NCBI GenBank assembly: GCA_003563465.1
Contig: PWVH01000067.1
Location: 1-32,160 of the forward strand
Length of the DNA stretch: 32,160 nt
Direction: 5' to 3'
Source: Coriobacteriaceae bacterium
GTDB taxonomy: Bacteria; Actinomycetota; Coriobacteriia; Anaerosomatales; SLCP01
The notes beneath the pieces are model-generated. The model saw only the letters and a list, made by a program, of their open reading frames with translations. It did not search any database and was not told the origin of the DNA. This document shows positions 1 through 8,976 of this stretch, piece after piece; the first letter of the stretch is position 1, and each line of letters begins with the position of its first letter. A program made the position numbers and the translations under genes.

Positions 1-504
1 GATCTCTTGAGCGCCACCAGGGCCGAGGAGCTCTTCACTCCCTCCAGGCTCGAGCCCGTATCGATGTCCGTGTTGGCCGAGGAGGTCGTCTCCTCCTTGG
101 AGCACACCTCCGGCCACGCCATCCAGGCACATGCGCTGTGTGAGGGCATGGTGATCGGCGAGGAGAGACGGTTGCGGCAGGTGCTGGTAAACCTGATTGC
201 GAACGCGATCAAGCATACGCCCGACGACGGCCGGATTGACGTGACGGTTGACTGCAGGGAGAACCGCGTTGTGACTCTGGTCGAAGATGAGGGCCCGGGG
301 ATTCCCGAAGAAGACCGCGAACACGTCTTCGAGCGCTTCACCCGTCTCAGGCGTGAAGGCCTTGAAAGCCCGGGAGTCGGGCTGGGACTCTACATAGTGC
401 GCGCCATCGTGGAAGAACATGGCGGCAGCGTGCGCGTGCGGGATCGAGGCGATGTCCCCGGTGCTCGCGTAGTGGTAGAGCTCCCGGAGGCTGACGAGTC
501 CTGA
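1..504 (+). CDS. Sensor histidine kinase, C-terminal HATPase_c domain (5' truncated by window edge)
   Basis: N box LRQVLVNLIANAIKH, G1 DEGPGI, F box VFERF, G2 GVGLGL; the His phosphoacceptor domain would lie upstream of the window. Confidence 0.9.
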   Translation, partial: DLLSATRAEELFTPSRLEPVSMSVLAEEVVSSLEHTSGHAIQAHALCEGMVIGEERRLRQVLVNLIANAIKHTPDDGRIDVTVDCRENRVVTLVEDEGPGIPEEDREHVFERFTRLRREGLESPGVGLGLYIVRAIVEEHGGSVRVRDRGDVPGARVVVELPEADES

Positions 505-510
505 CGGACG

Positions 511-1452
511 TCAGCGTTTCTCCAAAGCCAGTTCGACCAGCCTTTCGCAAAGCTGGGGGAATTCGATTCCCGCAGCCCTTGCAGCATCGGGCAGAAGGCT
601 CGTCTTTGTCATGCCGGGAATGGTGTTAATTTCGAGCATCTGCACCTGCCCGTCGGCGTTCACGATCGTATCCGAGCGCGACATTCCTCGGCATCCCAGT
701 GCCCGATGCGCTCGAATGGCGAGGCTTTGACACTCGGAACGGGCCTCCTCGCTGACCCGGGCGGGGATGATGTGGCGACTCATGCCCGGGACGTACTTGG
801 ACTCATAATCGTAGAACTCGTGCTCGGGAACGATCTCTAGAGTCGGCAGCGCGGTCAACTCGTCGTTGCCGATAACGCCGACGGTCACCTCCACTCCGGC
901 AACGAACTCCTCTACGAGCACGCTGTCGTCGAAGCGGAAGGCTTCGTCTATGGCAGAGGGGAGTTCTTCTGGCTCGTGCGAAATCGTCACCCCTATCGCA
1001 GATCCTTCGCTGGCAGGTTTGACCACGGTTTTGGTGCCCAGTTTCTCGGTGATGCTTTCGATGTCAGGGGGTTCTTCGCGTCGGACGTGCACGTAGGCGG
1101 GCGAGGGGATTCCTGCTTGTGCGAAGAAATGCTTGGACATCACCTTGTCCATTGCGAGCGCGCTTGCCAGCACCCCCGAACCTACATAGGGGAGATCGAG
1201 CAGTTCGAGCATTCCCTGAACGGTGCCGTCCTCACCGAACCGGCCGTGAAGGCACACGAACACGACAGTCGGCGAGGCCTCGGTGAGCGCCGTGATGAAG
1301 CCTGGAGCGCCGCTGTCGATGCACACGGTCTCGTACCCGATGCTTTCCAGGGCGTCGGCAACCTGCCGACCGGTGTTCAAAGACACCTCGCGTTCGGCCG
1401 AGCGCCCCCCCATCAGTATGGCCACTCGTGGAGCCGGGACGATGTCGGCCAC
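511..1452 (-). CDS. ddl: D-alanine--D-alanine ligase
   Basis: GGRSAEREVSL, LHGRFGEDG, MDKVMSK, FYDYESKY and EINTIPGMT motifs; GGAAGGAG RBS before GTG. Confidence 0.96.
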   Translation of the reverse strand: MADIVPAPRVAILMGGRSAEREVSLNTGRQVADALESIGYETVCIDSGAPGFITALTEASPTVVFVCLHGRFGEDGTVQGMLELLDLPYVGSGVLASALAMDKVMSKHFFAQAGIPSPAYVHVRREEPPDIESITEKLGTKTVVKPASEGSAIGVTISHEPEELPSAIDEAFRFDDSVLVEEFVAGVEVTVGVIGNDELTALPTLEIVPEHEFYDYESKYVPGMSRHIIPARVSEEARSECQSLAIRAHRALGCRGMSRSDTIVNADGQVQMLEINTIPGMTKTSLLPDAARAAGIEFPQLCERLVELALEKR

Positions 1453-1477
1453 GATGACTCCTTCCCTCAGCCGGCCG

Positions 1478-2014
1478 TCACACGAGGCCGAGCCGCAACG
1501 CGTCTACCAGCAACAAAGCCGTCCACCAGGCTACGACACCGAAGAGCGTGGCTGCGGCCCCTCTTACGAGGGCCGCTGTAAGCAGGCCGCTTCTTTCCCC
1601 TCGCTCTCGTCTCCTGAGTGCGAACAGCCATACGGCCCCCGAGAGCACGGGGCCGAAAGCCGCCAGAAGAAGCCCGGTCATGAGGAGAACCGGATAGACC
1701 GGGTCGTCCAAGGGGACCGCTGCAGCATCGGGCCCGGTGAGCAAAAGGGCGGTCGCCGTAGCCTGCGCGGCCCACAAAGCCAGGTAGACGAGGAAGGGCC
1801 AAGTGGCAACCGGGTTGCGCGGCCTGGTCGGCACTGCCTCCCGCTCCTCGGCGGTTGGCTGTAGCGCCTCCTCGGCGGTCATCTCCTTCTCGGAATCCTG
1901 CGCGGCCCCGTCGGCCCCCTCTGCAGCCATCTCCTCGTCTGCCTCCACCGACTCTTCTGCCGCCGGCTCCTCGGCCAGCTCCTCCTTGGCAGTCGGCGCT
2001 TGCTCCCCGTCCAT
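1478..2014 (-). CDS. Hypothetical membrane protein with acidic low-complexity N-terminus and about 3 C-terminal TM helices
   Basis: ATG with AGAAAGG RBS; Glu/Ala-rich first ~60 aa, then hydrophobic segments; co-oriented 25 bp upstream of ddl. Confidence 0.75.
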   Translation of the reverse strand: MDGEQAPTAKEELAEEPAAEESVEADEEMAAEGADGAAQDSEKEMTAEEALQPTAEEREAVPTRPRNPVATWPFLVYLALWAAQATATALLLTGPDAAAVPLDDPVYPVLLMTGLLLAAFGPVLSGAVWLFALRRRERGERSGLLTAALVRGAAATLFGVVAWWTALLLVDALRLGLV

Positions 2015-2234
2015 AGGTGCCTTTCTTCGCTTCGCCCTGAGAAGGAGTCTACGCGAGCTGCAGACACCGCGTCGACCTCGGTCGTGCCCGGACTCTCTCT
2101 CCAGCTAGCAGGTGCGAGACCGCCGAGCCGGCAGGCGCAAGACCGTCGTCCGTTTCTCAGTGACGCGCTATGGTGCTTTCGTGCATTTTCCCACACACCT
2201 AACACTGGGCCCTATACCGGGCATACTATGTGCA

Positions 2235-2256
2235 TAGCTGCTTGCTAGCTGCTTGC
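2235..2256. repeat. Perfect 11-bp tandem direct repeat TAGCTGCTTGC x2 upstream of htrA
   Basis: Seen directly at 2235-2245 and 2246-2256. Confidence 0.7.
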
Positions 2257-2305
2257 ACGCATGTGGCGTTCGAAGAGTTGTCAGCCGACTCATAGAGGTG
2301 GACGA

Positions 2306-3697
2306 ATGTACGAAGACCATTCCGAAGAGCAGGGCCCAGCGCGTCCGGGTGAGCTTCCCGCCGAACGAACGGAAGGTTTCTCTGCCCAGGGCAGACAGCC
2401 TCCGCTGCCCGGTACTGAGAACATCCCGCACGAGCCCCCGCCTTCTGCCCCAACACCTGCTCCTATAGCCCCTCCCCCTGGTGAGCGTCCCGGCCAGCCA
2501 GGCCCGACCCGAGGAGCTGTGGTGGCTATCGCTCTTGCAGTCGCCCTGTTCGCGGGCTCGATCGCCGGAGGCTTCGGTGGCTTCGCCGGTGCCTGGTTGG
2601 CGACTCACCGGGCTGAAGCTCCTGTGGCCGACACCGTGCGGGTCGTTCCGCCTGAGACCGACGAGCCGGTAGTCGCCGCAGCCGCTGCTGCGTTGCCCAG
2701 CGTCGTGAACATCGATGTGTCGGGCTCCGCTTCGATGGAAGTCCAACCTGAGCTGCCAGAGGGCCACCCAGGCGTACCAAGGCGCGGCAACGGCTCCGGC
2801 GTCGCTTTCCGGGCGGCCGAGGACGGCGGGACCTACATCCTTACGAACGCTCACGTAGTCGCCGAGGCGGACTCAATAGTCGTGACCGGGGTGGACGGCG
2901 AGCGTCGCCGTGCCGAACTCATCGGATCCGACGCCGAAACCGACATAGCCGTCGTCAGTGTAGCCGCAGAGCTTCCTCTGGTCGACATCGGGGACTCGGA
3001 TGACCTGCTGGTCGGCCAATCGGTGACCGCAATCGGCTCTCCCTTCGGCCTGTCCCACTCAGTCACCTCTGGAGTCGTCTCCGCCATAGGCCGCTCCCTG
3101 CCAGGGCCAGGAAGCCAGCGCGGCGTATACCCGCTCGTAGACGTCATCCAGACCGATGCGGCAATCAATCCTGGTAACTCTGGCGGGGCATTGGTGGACC
3201 GCGCCGGGAGTCTTGTCGGCATAAACACGGCCATATTCTCCGAGACCGGAACCAGCGGCGGTATCGGCTTCGCTGTTCCGGTCAATACGGCAGTCAGAAT
3301 CGCCGACCAGCTGATCTCTCACGGTCGAGCCGAGCACCCGTTCCTCGGAATCATCGGCCAGGACGTCACTCTAGACATCGCAGAAACAGAGGGCCTTCCC
3401 GTTGAGCAAGGGGCCTTCGTCGTAGAGCCCATCGAGGGCACCAAGGCCGACGAGGCCGGCATTCTCGCAGGCGATGTCATCGTCTCGCTCGATGACCAGC
3501 CGATACGCTCGATGGACGACCTGATTCTGCAGGTACGTCGCCGCGACATAGGCGACCGCGTATCCCTCGGCATATGGCGAGAAGGCGAGCTCATCGAGCT
3601 GGTGATGGAAGTGGGCATCAAGCCCGAGGACATCGAACTCCCTGAGTCCGAAACACCAGCCGTTCCGGAGGACCCAGACGACCAGGAACAAGACTGA
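2306..3697 (+). CDS. htrA: HtrA/DegP-family membrane-anchored serine protease with one PDZ domain
   Basis: TNAHVV (His), DIAVV (Asp), QTDAAINPGNSGG (Ser); Pro-rich N-terminus plus TM helix; C-terminal PDZ (GILAGDVIVSLD); start set at ATG 2306 after GAGGTGG RBS. Confidence 0.93.
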   Translation: MYEDHSEEQGPARPGELPAERTEGFSAQGRQPPLPGTENIPHEPPPSAPTPAPIAPPPGERPGQPGPTRGAVVAIALAVALFAGSIAGGFGGFAGAWLATHRAEAPVADTVRVVPPETDEPVVAAAAAALPSVVNIDVSGSASMEVQPELPEGHPGVPRRGNGSGVAFRAAEDGGTYILTNAHVVAEADSIVVTGVDGERRRAELIGSDAETDIAVVSVAAELPLVDIGDSDDLLVGQSVTAIGSPFGLSHSVTSGVVSAIGRSLPGPGSQRGVYPLVDVIQTDAAINPGNSGGALVDRAGSLVGINTAIFSETGTSGGIGFAVPVNTAVRIADQLISHGRAEHPFLGIIGQDVTLDIAETEGLPVEQGAFVVEPIEGTKADEAGILAGDVIVSLDDQPIRSMDDLILQVRRRDIGDRVSLGIWREGELIELVMEVGIKPEDIELPESETPAVPEDPDDQEQD

Positions 3698-3705
3698 GGG
3701 CGTTG

Positions 3706-3748
3706 CCCGGGGCCCCGTCGCTGATGTCATGCGGATGAGGTCCCCGGG
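3706..3748. terminator. Possible hairpin between convergent htrA and cytochrome genes
   Basis: CCCGGGGCCC ... GGTCCCCGGG imperfect inverted repeat; no U-tract. Confidence 0.35.
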
Positions 3749-3792
3749 CTATAGGTCAGCTGCTGCAAGCGGGCCTATACGTCAGCTGCTGC
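3749..3792. repeat. 18-bp near-perfect direct repeat (CTATAgGTCAGCTGCTGC / CTATAcGTCAGCTGCTGC), 26-bp period, spanning the cytochrome stop codon
   Basis: Copies at 3749-3766 and 3775-3792, 17/18 identical. Confidence 0.7.
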
Positions 3793-5146
3793 TCGCGCGA
3801 TGCCGCAGGATGAAGTAGGCGAGTATCGCCGCTATCAACGCCATCGCCGCTGCCGTCATCACGAGCAGTAGCCCGCCACCAGCGGCCGGCGACGCGCCTG
3901 GCGCCTGGCGACGGGCCGCCTCTGCCTCGGCCTCCGACGTGTATACCAGCGTCGAGGCCGAGGTCATCGTCGTTGTCGGCACGTCCACTCCCGCCTTCTC
4001 GGCGAACTCCTCGGTGCACGAGCGGTAGTAGAGCGTGGCTGTCAAGGCCAGCGGTCCATCTTCAGGCATAACCGCTTCCCAGGTGTTCTCTACGGACTCT
4101 CGCGGCGGGATGCGATCGTCGCTATCGACTGCCACGGCATCCCAGATTTCGACGGGAGCGTTGCCGTCAGCGTCGGCGAACACGGTGTGGAACTCGCGTT
4201 TGTCGACAAGAGTCTCCGAGCCATCGGGCCCAGTCGCAACCAGCTCCACCCACATTCGCCGGAAATCCGTCAGTCCTGTGGGCAGGTAGTGTCCCGCTCC
4301 GACGTTGGTGATCCGCACGGTAGCGGCCACCGCACCACCGCTCTCGACGACATCCGGCGCCTCCAAATCTATCTCCGCGGCCGCCTGCAAACGCTCCTCG
4401 GCGAGCACCGGGTCGCCCAACGCCACGTTCCCGCCCACGAAAGTCATGGTGTAGATGTGCGGCCGGTCTGGCCCGCCTGCCGCAGCCCTGCCCGGATTCG
4501 GCTTTGTGACGCCGGGACCGGGTGTCATGTGGCAGTCTTGGCAGACGATTCCCTCGCCGGAATACGGTCCCTCGAGCCATTCGGTGTATGTGGCCTCGAG
4601 AACCAGGCCGTTAACGGGGTGGAACACATTGTGGCACGTTCCACAGAACTCTGCAGTCTCGTGAAAGGCAGAATACTCGCTTTCGTGCGAGCGAGAGACG
4701 GCGTCATCATGGGGGCCCCTTTTCACGCCGTCAGGCGTCACTACGATCGATGTGTTGCCGATACGGCCCTCCTGGCGCCCCGTCATCTGATGACAAAGGT
4801 CGCAGGTAACGCCTTCGCCGCCTTGTTCGGAGAAGACGCGGTCTTCGACCTCGCCGGCCATAGCGGCCACTGCGCCGTGACACTCCTCGCAGAACGGCAC
4901 CACCGCGCCGCCGGTCTCGCGGTCCGCCTGCTCCAGCTTGGCCAGGTATAGCGGGTCGGTAAGGGCTTGGGCATGCATCGATCTAGCCCACTGTGTCACA
5001 AGTGCAGCGTGGCAACTGCAGTTCGACGAAGGCTCGAATGCGTCAGCCGGTACCTCCGGCAGCTGCGCTGCAGCTATGCTCGCTGATGCGAACAACATCG
5101 CTAGCATCAATCCGGCGATCCCTGTTCTGGGGCCTCTCATCGCCAC
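3782..5146 (-). CDS. Secreted, C-terminally membrane-anchored multiheme c-type cytochrome (c554/c552-like heme domain plus Ig-like domain)
   Basis: Signal peptide; CSCH, CEECH, CDLCH, CGTCH, CQDCH; GAGHYLPTG motif; C-terminal TM helix followed by RHR. Confidence 0.88.
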   Translation of the reverse strand: MAMRGPRTGIAGLMLAMLFASASIAAAQLPEVPADAFEPSSNCSCHAALVTQWARSMHAQALTDPLYLAKLEQADRETGGAVVPFCEECHGAVAAMAGEVEDRVFSEQGGEGVTCDLCHQMTGRQEGRIGNTSIVVTPDGVKRGPHDDAVSRSHESEYSAFHETAEFCGTCHNVFHPVNGLVLEATYTEWLEGPYSGEGIVCQDCHMTPGPGVTKPNPGRAAAGGPDRPHIYTMTFVGGNVALGDPVLAEERLQAAAEIDLEAPDVVESGGAVAATVRITNVGAGHYLPTGLTDFRRMWVELVATGPDGSETLVDKREFHTVFADADGNAPVEIWDAVAVDSDDRIPPRESVENTWEAVMPEDGPLALTATLYYRSCTEEFAEKAGVDVPTTTMTSASTLVYTSEAEAEAARRQAPGASPAAGGGLLLVMTAAAMALIAAILAYFILRHRASSS

Positions 5147-5185
5147 ATCCCCATTCTCTTCACTTCTCTAGCGCTCGACAAGCTT

Positions 5186-5200
5186 GCATTATAGCAATGC
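5186..5200 (-). promoter_or_regulatory. Extended -10 promoter (TGcTATAAT) for the cytochrome gene, inside a GCATT-N5-AATGC inverted repeat
   Basis: Minus strand reads GCATTGCTATAATGC about 40 bp upstream of the start. Confidence 0.55.
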
Positions 5201-5330
5201 TCCTGCCAGGTGTACCTCGACTGTTTCTCCGTTTATGCCGAAGCGTGTGAGTCGCGGCCCCCGTTTGGCAATAACACATCTACGGACGTAATCCGGGGGG
5301 CGCTTCGGGTGCCCATGAGAGGAGAACGAG

Positions 5331-5837
5331 ATGATCGAGAAGGTTCGCTGTAAAGGCTGCGGCTATCTTCACGTCGGCCCGGCGCCAGAGCCCTGCCCCG
5401 TCTGCGGGGCGCCCAAGAGTATGTTCGTCGAGTATGACGGTCCGGGAGACCTTGCCGGAACCAAGACGCTCGAGAACCTAGAGGCTGCCTTCGCAGGCGA
5501 GTCCCAGGCCAACCGCATGTACACTCTTTTCGCCCGAATCGCAGAGCTCGAGGGGCGGCCTGAGGCTCGTGCGGCCTTCGAGCGGGCCGCTGCCGAAGAG
5601 ACCGCGCACGCCCACGGACACCTTGCGTACATGGGCGGGGTCGGCTCCACGGATGACAATCTTGCTAAAGCTGCCGCCGGCGAGGACTACGAGGCCCAGG
5701 ATATGTATCCCTCCTTCGCCGACACCGCCGAGGAAGAGGGTTTCAGCGATATAGCCTACTACTTCCGCTCGGTCGGGCGATTCGAAAAGGAACACCGGGA
5801 GGACTACAAGAAAGCCACAGGAAACACCGACGGCTAG
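5331..5837 (+). CDS. Reverse rubrerythrin (N-terminal rubredoxin domain, C-terminal diiron ferritin-like domain)
   Basis: CKGC...CPVC at N-terminus; AFAGESQA, EETAH, GEDYE, EKEH diiron motifs; AGGAG RBS. Confidence 0.9.
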   Translation: MIEKVRCKGCGYLHVGPAPEPCPVCGAPKSMFVEYDGPGDLAGTKTLENLEAAFAGESQANRMYTLFARIAELEGRPEARAAFERAAAEETAHAHGHLAYMGGVGSTDDNLAKAAAGEDYEAQDMYPSFADTAEEEGFSDIAYYFRSVGRFEKEHREDYKKATGNTDG

Positions 5838-5841
5838 ACTC

Positions 5842-6891
5842 GTGGACGAGGCAGGCTCACCGATAATCGGGGTCTCGCAGCTGGACCGTGCAGGGCTGGA
5901 GGCGTGGCTCGTCGCAAGGGGTGAGCCACGCTTTCGCACGGGGCAGCTCATCAGGTGGCTTTACCAGCGAAGCGCCTCCTCGTACGAGGAGATGACCGAT
6001 CTCCCGTCGGCTCTCAGACGCTCACTGGCCGAAGAGCTGCCCGTAGCCCGCCCGGTCCTCGAGAGCTGCCTCGTCTCCGCCCTAGACGATACCCGCCGTT
6101 ATCTTTGGCGGCTCTCAGACAGCGCGACAGTCGAAAGCGTGGGCCTACCGACGCCGAAGCGTCTGACGGTGTGCTTCTCCGTGCAGGCTGGCTGCGCTAT
6201 GGAATGTACTTTCTGCGCGACGGGCAAAGGGGGCTTCGTCCGCAATCTCGGACCGGGAGAGATGGTCGAGCAGGTGCGCCTCACCGCAGAAGACTACGGA
6301 CGCAGAGCCACCAATGCCGTTGCCATGGGCCAGGGCGAGCCGTTCATGAACTACGCTGCGACGCTTGGAGCCTTGCGACTGATGAATGATGCGGACGGCC
6401 TCGCGATCGGGGCTCGTCGCCTTACCATCTCCACTTGCGGAGTCCTAGAGGGAATCACGCGGCTCGCTTCAGAGCCCGAGCAGTTCACGCTCGCCGTGTC
6501 GCTCCATTCGGCAGTACAGTCCACGCGTGACCGAATCATGCCTGCGCTTCGAGGCCAGCCCGTATCGCGACTGAAGACCGTGCTCGCCGACTATGTCACC
6601 CGCACAGGTAGACGTCCGAGCATAGAGTATGCCCTGATGCAAGGCGTGAACGACTCCGATCGAGAGCTTGCCGCTCTCATAGGGTTCTGCCGGGACCTCG
6701 GCTCCCACGTCAATCTCATGCCCGTGAACGAGGTTCCGGCCGCAGGATTCTCCCGCCCGCCCGCTGGTCGAGTCGAGCTGTTCGCCTCGAAGTTGACCGA
6801 AGCTGGAATCGAGGCTTCCGTTCGGGCAGAGAGGGGCTCCGACATCGAGGCGGCCTGCGGACAGCTCACGCAGCGACACAGCCAGAGATGA
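5842..6891 (+). CDS. rlmN: 23S rRNA (adenine-C2) radical SAM methyltransferase RlmN
   Basis: CAMECTFC radical-SAM motif, MGQGEP, SLHS, C-terminal AACGQL. Confidence 0.93.
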   Translation: MDEAGSPIIGVSQLDRAGLEAWLVARGEPRFRTGQLIRWLYQRSASSYEEMTDLPSALRRSLAEELPVARPVLESCLVSALDDTRRYLWRLSDSATVESVGLPTPKRLTVCFSVQAGCAMECTFCATGKGGFVRNLGPGEMVEQVRLTAEDYGRRATNAVAMGQGEPFMNYAATLGALRLMNDADGLAIGARRLTISTCGVLEGITRLASEPEQFTLAVSLHSAVQSTRDRIMPALRGQPVSRLKTVLADYVTRTGRRPSIEYALMQGVNDSDRELAALIGFCRDLGSHVNLMPVNEVPAAGFSRPPAGRVELFASKLTEAGIEASVRAERGSDIEAACGQLTQRHSQR

Positions 6892-6939
6892 CCGGAGATA
6901 TCCCGCCGCACAGACACAGTTGATGCCCCGCCGACACGA

Positions 6940-7239
6940 TCAGCTGGTCGCCTGCGCGCGCGTATAGCGCTGCACGGCTTCCCTGATCTCCCCCACCTTA
7001 CGCCAGGCGACCTCTTCGTCCCGGCCGAGATAGTGCTCTACGCGGCCGCCCAAAGCCACGGCGGCCCGCTCCGCTCGATCCGCCACATTCCGGGCGATTT
7101 CGGCTGCCCGCATCGCCTCGCCCGCGAGCCGGCGCCGGGTCTTCGCTCCGCTGTTCGGGGCGAAGAGAATGCCTGCCACTATTCCGGCCACGACACCCAC
7201 TACTAAGCCGATGGCAAAATATTCCATACGCTCCTTCAT
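6940..7239 (-). CDS. YtxH-domain protein
   Basis: GLVVGVVAGIVAGILFAPNSGAKTR signature; start overlaps parB stop (ATGA). Confidence 0.85.
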   Translation of the reverse strand: MKERMEYFAIGLVVGVVAGIVAGILFAPNSGAKTRRRLAGEAMRAAEIARNVADRAERAAVALGGRVEHYLGRDEEVAWRKVGEIREAVQRYTRAQATS

Positions 7240-8111
7240 CGCTCGACCTCCTTGTCCTCGCAGGAAGCCTCGCCTTCGGTCATCAGCCTGAAAATCCTCT
7301 CCAACTCGTCTTCCCCGTGAAACTCGATCTCTATCTTGCCTTTCTTCTGTGTCTGGCGCACCCGCACTCCCGTACCCAGTATCTTCCTGAGCTTGCGAGC
7401 TACGATCTTGAACGACTTCGGGGTCTGCGTGCGCGGCTCTCGCTCTGCCTGCCCTGCAGCATAGAGCCGTGCGAGGTTCTCGGTCTCCCGCACCGACAGA
7501 CCCTCGGTTACCACTCTGTTGCCAAGCCGTACGCGCAGGGCCTCGTCGGGCACCGACAGCACCGTCCGCGCATGTCCCGCGGAGAGCTGGCCTTCGTAGA
7601 CAAGCCGCTGGACCTCTTCGGGCAGATCAAGCAATCGAAGTGCGTTCGTGACGGTGGAGCGTGACTTCGACACCTTCTCCGCCAGCTCGGCCTGGGTCAT
7701 CTGGTGCTCGGTAAGCAGGCGCCGGTATCCACGAGCCTCTTCGATAGCGTTAAGGTCCTGTCTCTGCAAGTTCTCGATGAGCGCCAGCTCTAGTGACTCG
7801 GCCTCGCTCTTGCTCATGACACGGACCGGCACCCGCTTCAGGCCGGCCGCTCTCGCTGCTATCCACCTGCGCTCTCCGGCAATTATCTGATATCTGTCCC
7901 CGTGGGGCCGGACGACGATCGGTTGCAGCATGCCCACCTTCCGAATCGAATCAGCGAGTTCGGCCACGCTTTCTTCTCCCATGTCCGTTCTCGGCTGTTT
8001 AGGATTCGGGGTGATTTCGTTGATAGACACTTCGTGCACTTCGATGTCCTCTTCGGCGATCGCATTTGGAATGAGCGCCGAAAGACCTCGGCCCAGCCCC
8101 CTCTTAGACAC
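7236..8111 (-). CDS. parB: Chromosome partitioning protein ParB/Spo0J
   Basis: GLGRGLSAL N-terminus, NPKQPR, GERRW, ENLQRQDL, HTH region SRSTVTNALRLL. Confidence 0.97.
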   Translation of the reverse strand: MSKRGLGRGLSALIPNAIAEEDIEVHEVSINEITPNPKQPRTDMGEESVAELADSIRKVGMLQPIVVRPHGDRYQIIAGERRWIAARAAGLKRVPVRVMSKSEAESLELALIENLQRQDLNAIEEARGYRRLLTEHQMTQAELAEKVSKSRSTVTNALRLLDLPEEVQRLVYEGQLSAGHARTVLSVPDEALRVRLGNRVVTEGLSVRETENLARLYAAGQAEREPRTQTPKSFKIVARKLRKILGTGVRVRQTQKKGKIEIEFHGEDELERIFRLMTEGEASCEDKEVER

Positions 8112-8904
8112 GTTGCACCACTTCCTTCGCTAGAGCGCGATATGCCTCGGCCCCCTTGCCCCTCGGGTCGTAGATGGTCACGGGCTGCCCGAAGCTCGGA
8201 GCCTCTGACAGCCGCACCGTTCGAGGGATCAGCGTCTCGAACACCTTCTCGTCGAAGAAGTCGCGGACTTCCTCTACCACCTGCTGTGACAGCCGGGTTC
8301 GCGAGTCATACATCGTCATCACCACGCCGAATACCTCCAGCACGGGATTCAGGTGAGATCGCACCAGGCGGACGCTCTCGAGCAGTTTCGACAGGCCCTC
8401 AAGGGCATAGTACTCGCACTGTATGGGGATAATCAGCCCTTTTGCCGCAGTAAGCGCATTAATCGTGAGCAGGCCCAAGGACGGGGGACAATCAACGATG
8501 ACGAAGTCAAAATCGTCAAGCACGGGCCTGATTATCGTTTTCAGTCGCGCTTCTCTGCTCATTGCAGAGACCAGTTCGATTTCTGCTCCAGCAAGCTGGA
8601 TCGTAGCGGGAACGGCGAACACGTGTTCGATTCCAACCGGCTCGATTAGGGTCTCGATGGGCGTGTCTCCTAGAAGAGCATCGTATACGCACCTCTGCCG
8701 CTGATTCTTGTCGAGCCCAAGGCCTGATGTCGCGTTGCCCTGGGGGTCGATGTCCACTATCAGGACGTCCTCTCCAAGATCGCCCAGGGCAGCAACCAGG
8801 TTAACAGCGGTAGTGCTCTTGCCGACGCCACCCTTCTGGTTGGCCACGGCTAGAACCTGAGCCTTCTTGGTAGCCTCGCCCTGGCCCTCGTCTGCCTTGT
8901 GCAA
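8104..8904 (-). CDS. parA: ParA/Soj partitioning ATPase
   Basis: NQKGGVGKST deviant Walker A, DPQGNA, DCPPSLG, EAPSFG; start moved to TTG 8904 after a purine-rich RBS (exact start uncertain). Confidence 0.96.
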   Translation of the reverse strand: MHKADEGQGEATKKAQVLAVANQKGGVGKSTTAVNLVAALGDLGEDVLIVDIDPQGNATSGLGLDKNQRQRCVYDALLGDTPIETLIEPVGIEHVFAVPATIQLAGAEIELVSAMSREARLKTIIRPVLDDFDFVIVDCPPSLGLLTINALTAAKGLIIPIQCEYYALEGLSKLLESVRLVRSHLNPVLEVFGVVMTMYDSRTRLSQQVVEEVRDFFDEKVFETLIPRTVRLSEAPSFGQPVTIYDPRGKGAEAYRALAKEVVQRV

Positions 8905-8976
8905 TGCGGCTTCCCCTTCCCCCAGCAAGGTGCTTCCGCAGAGTATAGGCCAAGTCCGCGCCAACTGGAAGTCCCC

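Noticed and set aside
5842-6891. Possible Cfr resistance methyltransferase
   Set aside because: Chromosomal housekeeping context with no mobile element; motifs fit RlmN. A phylogeny would be needed for formal exclusion
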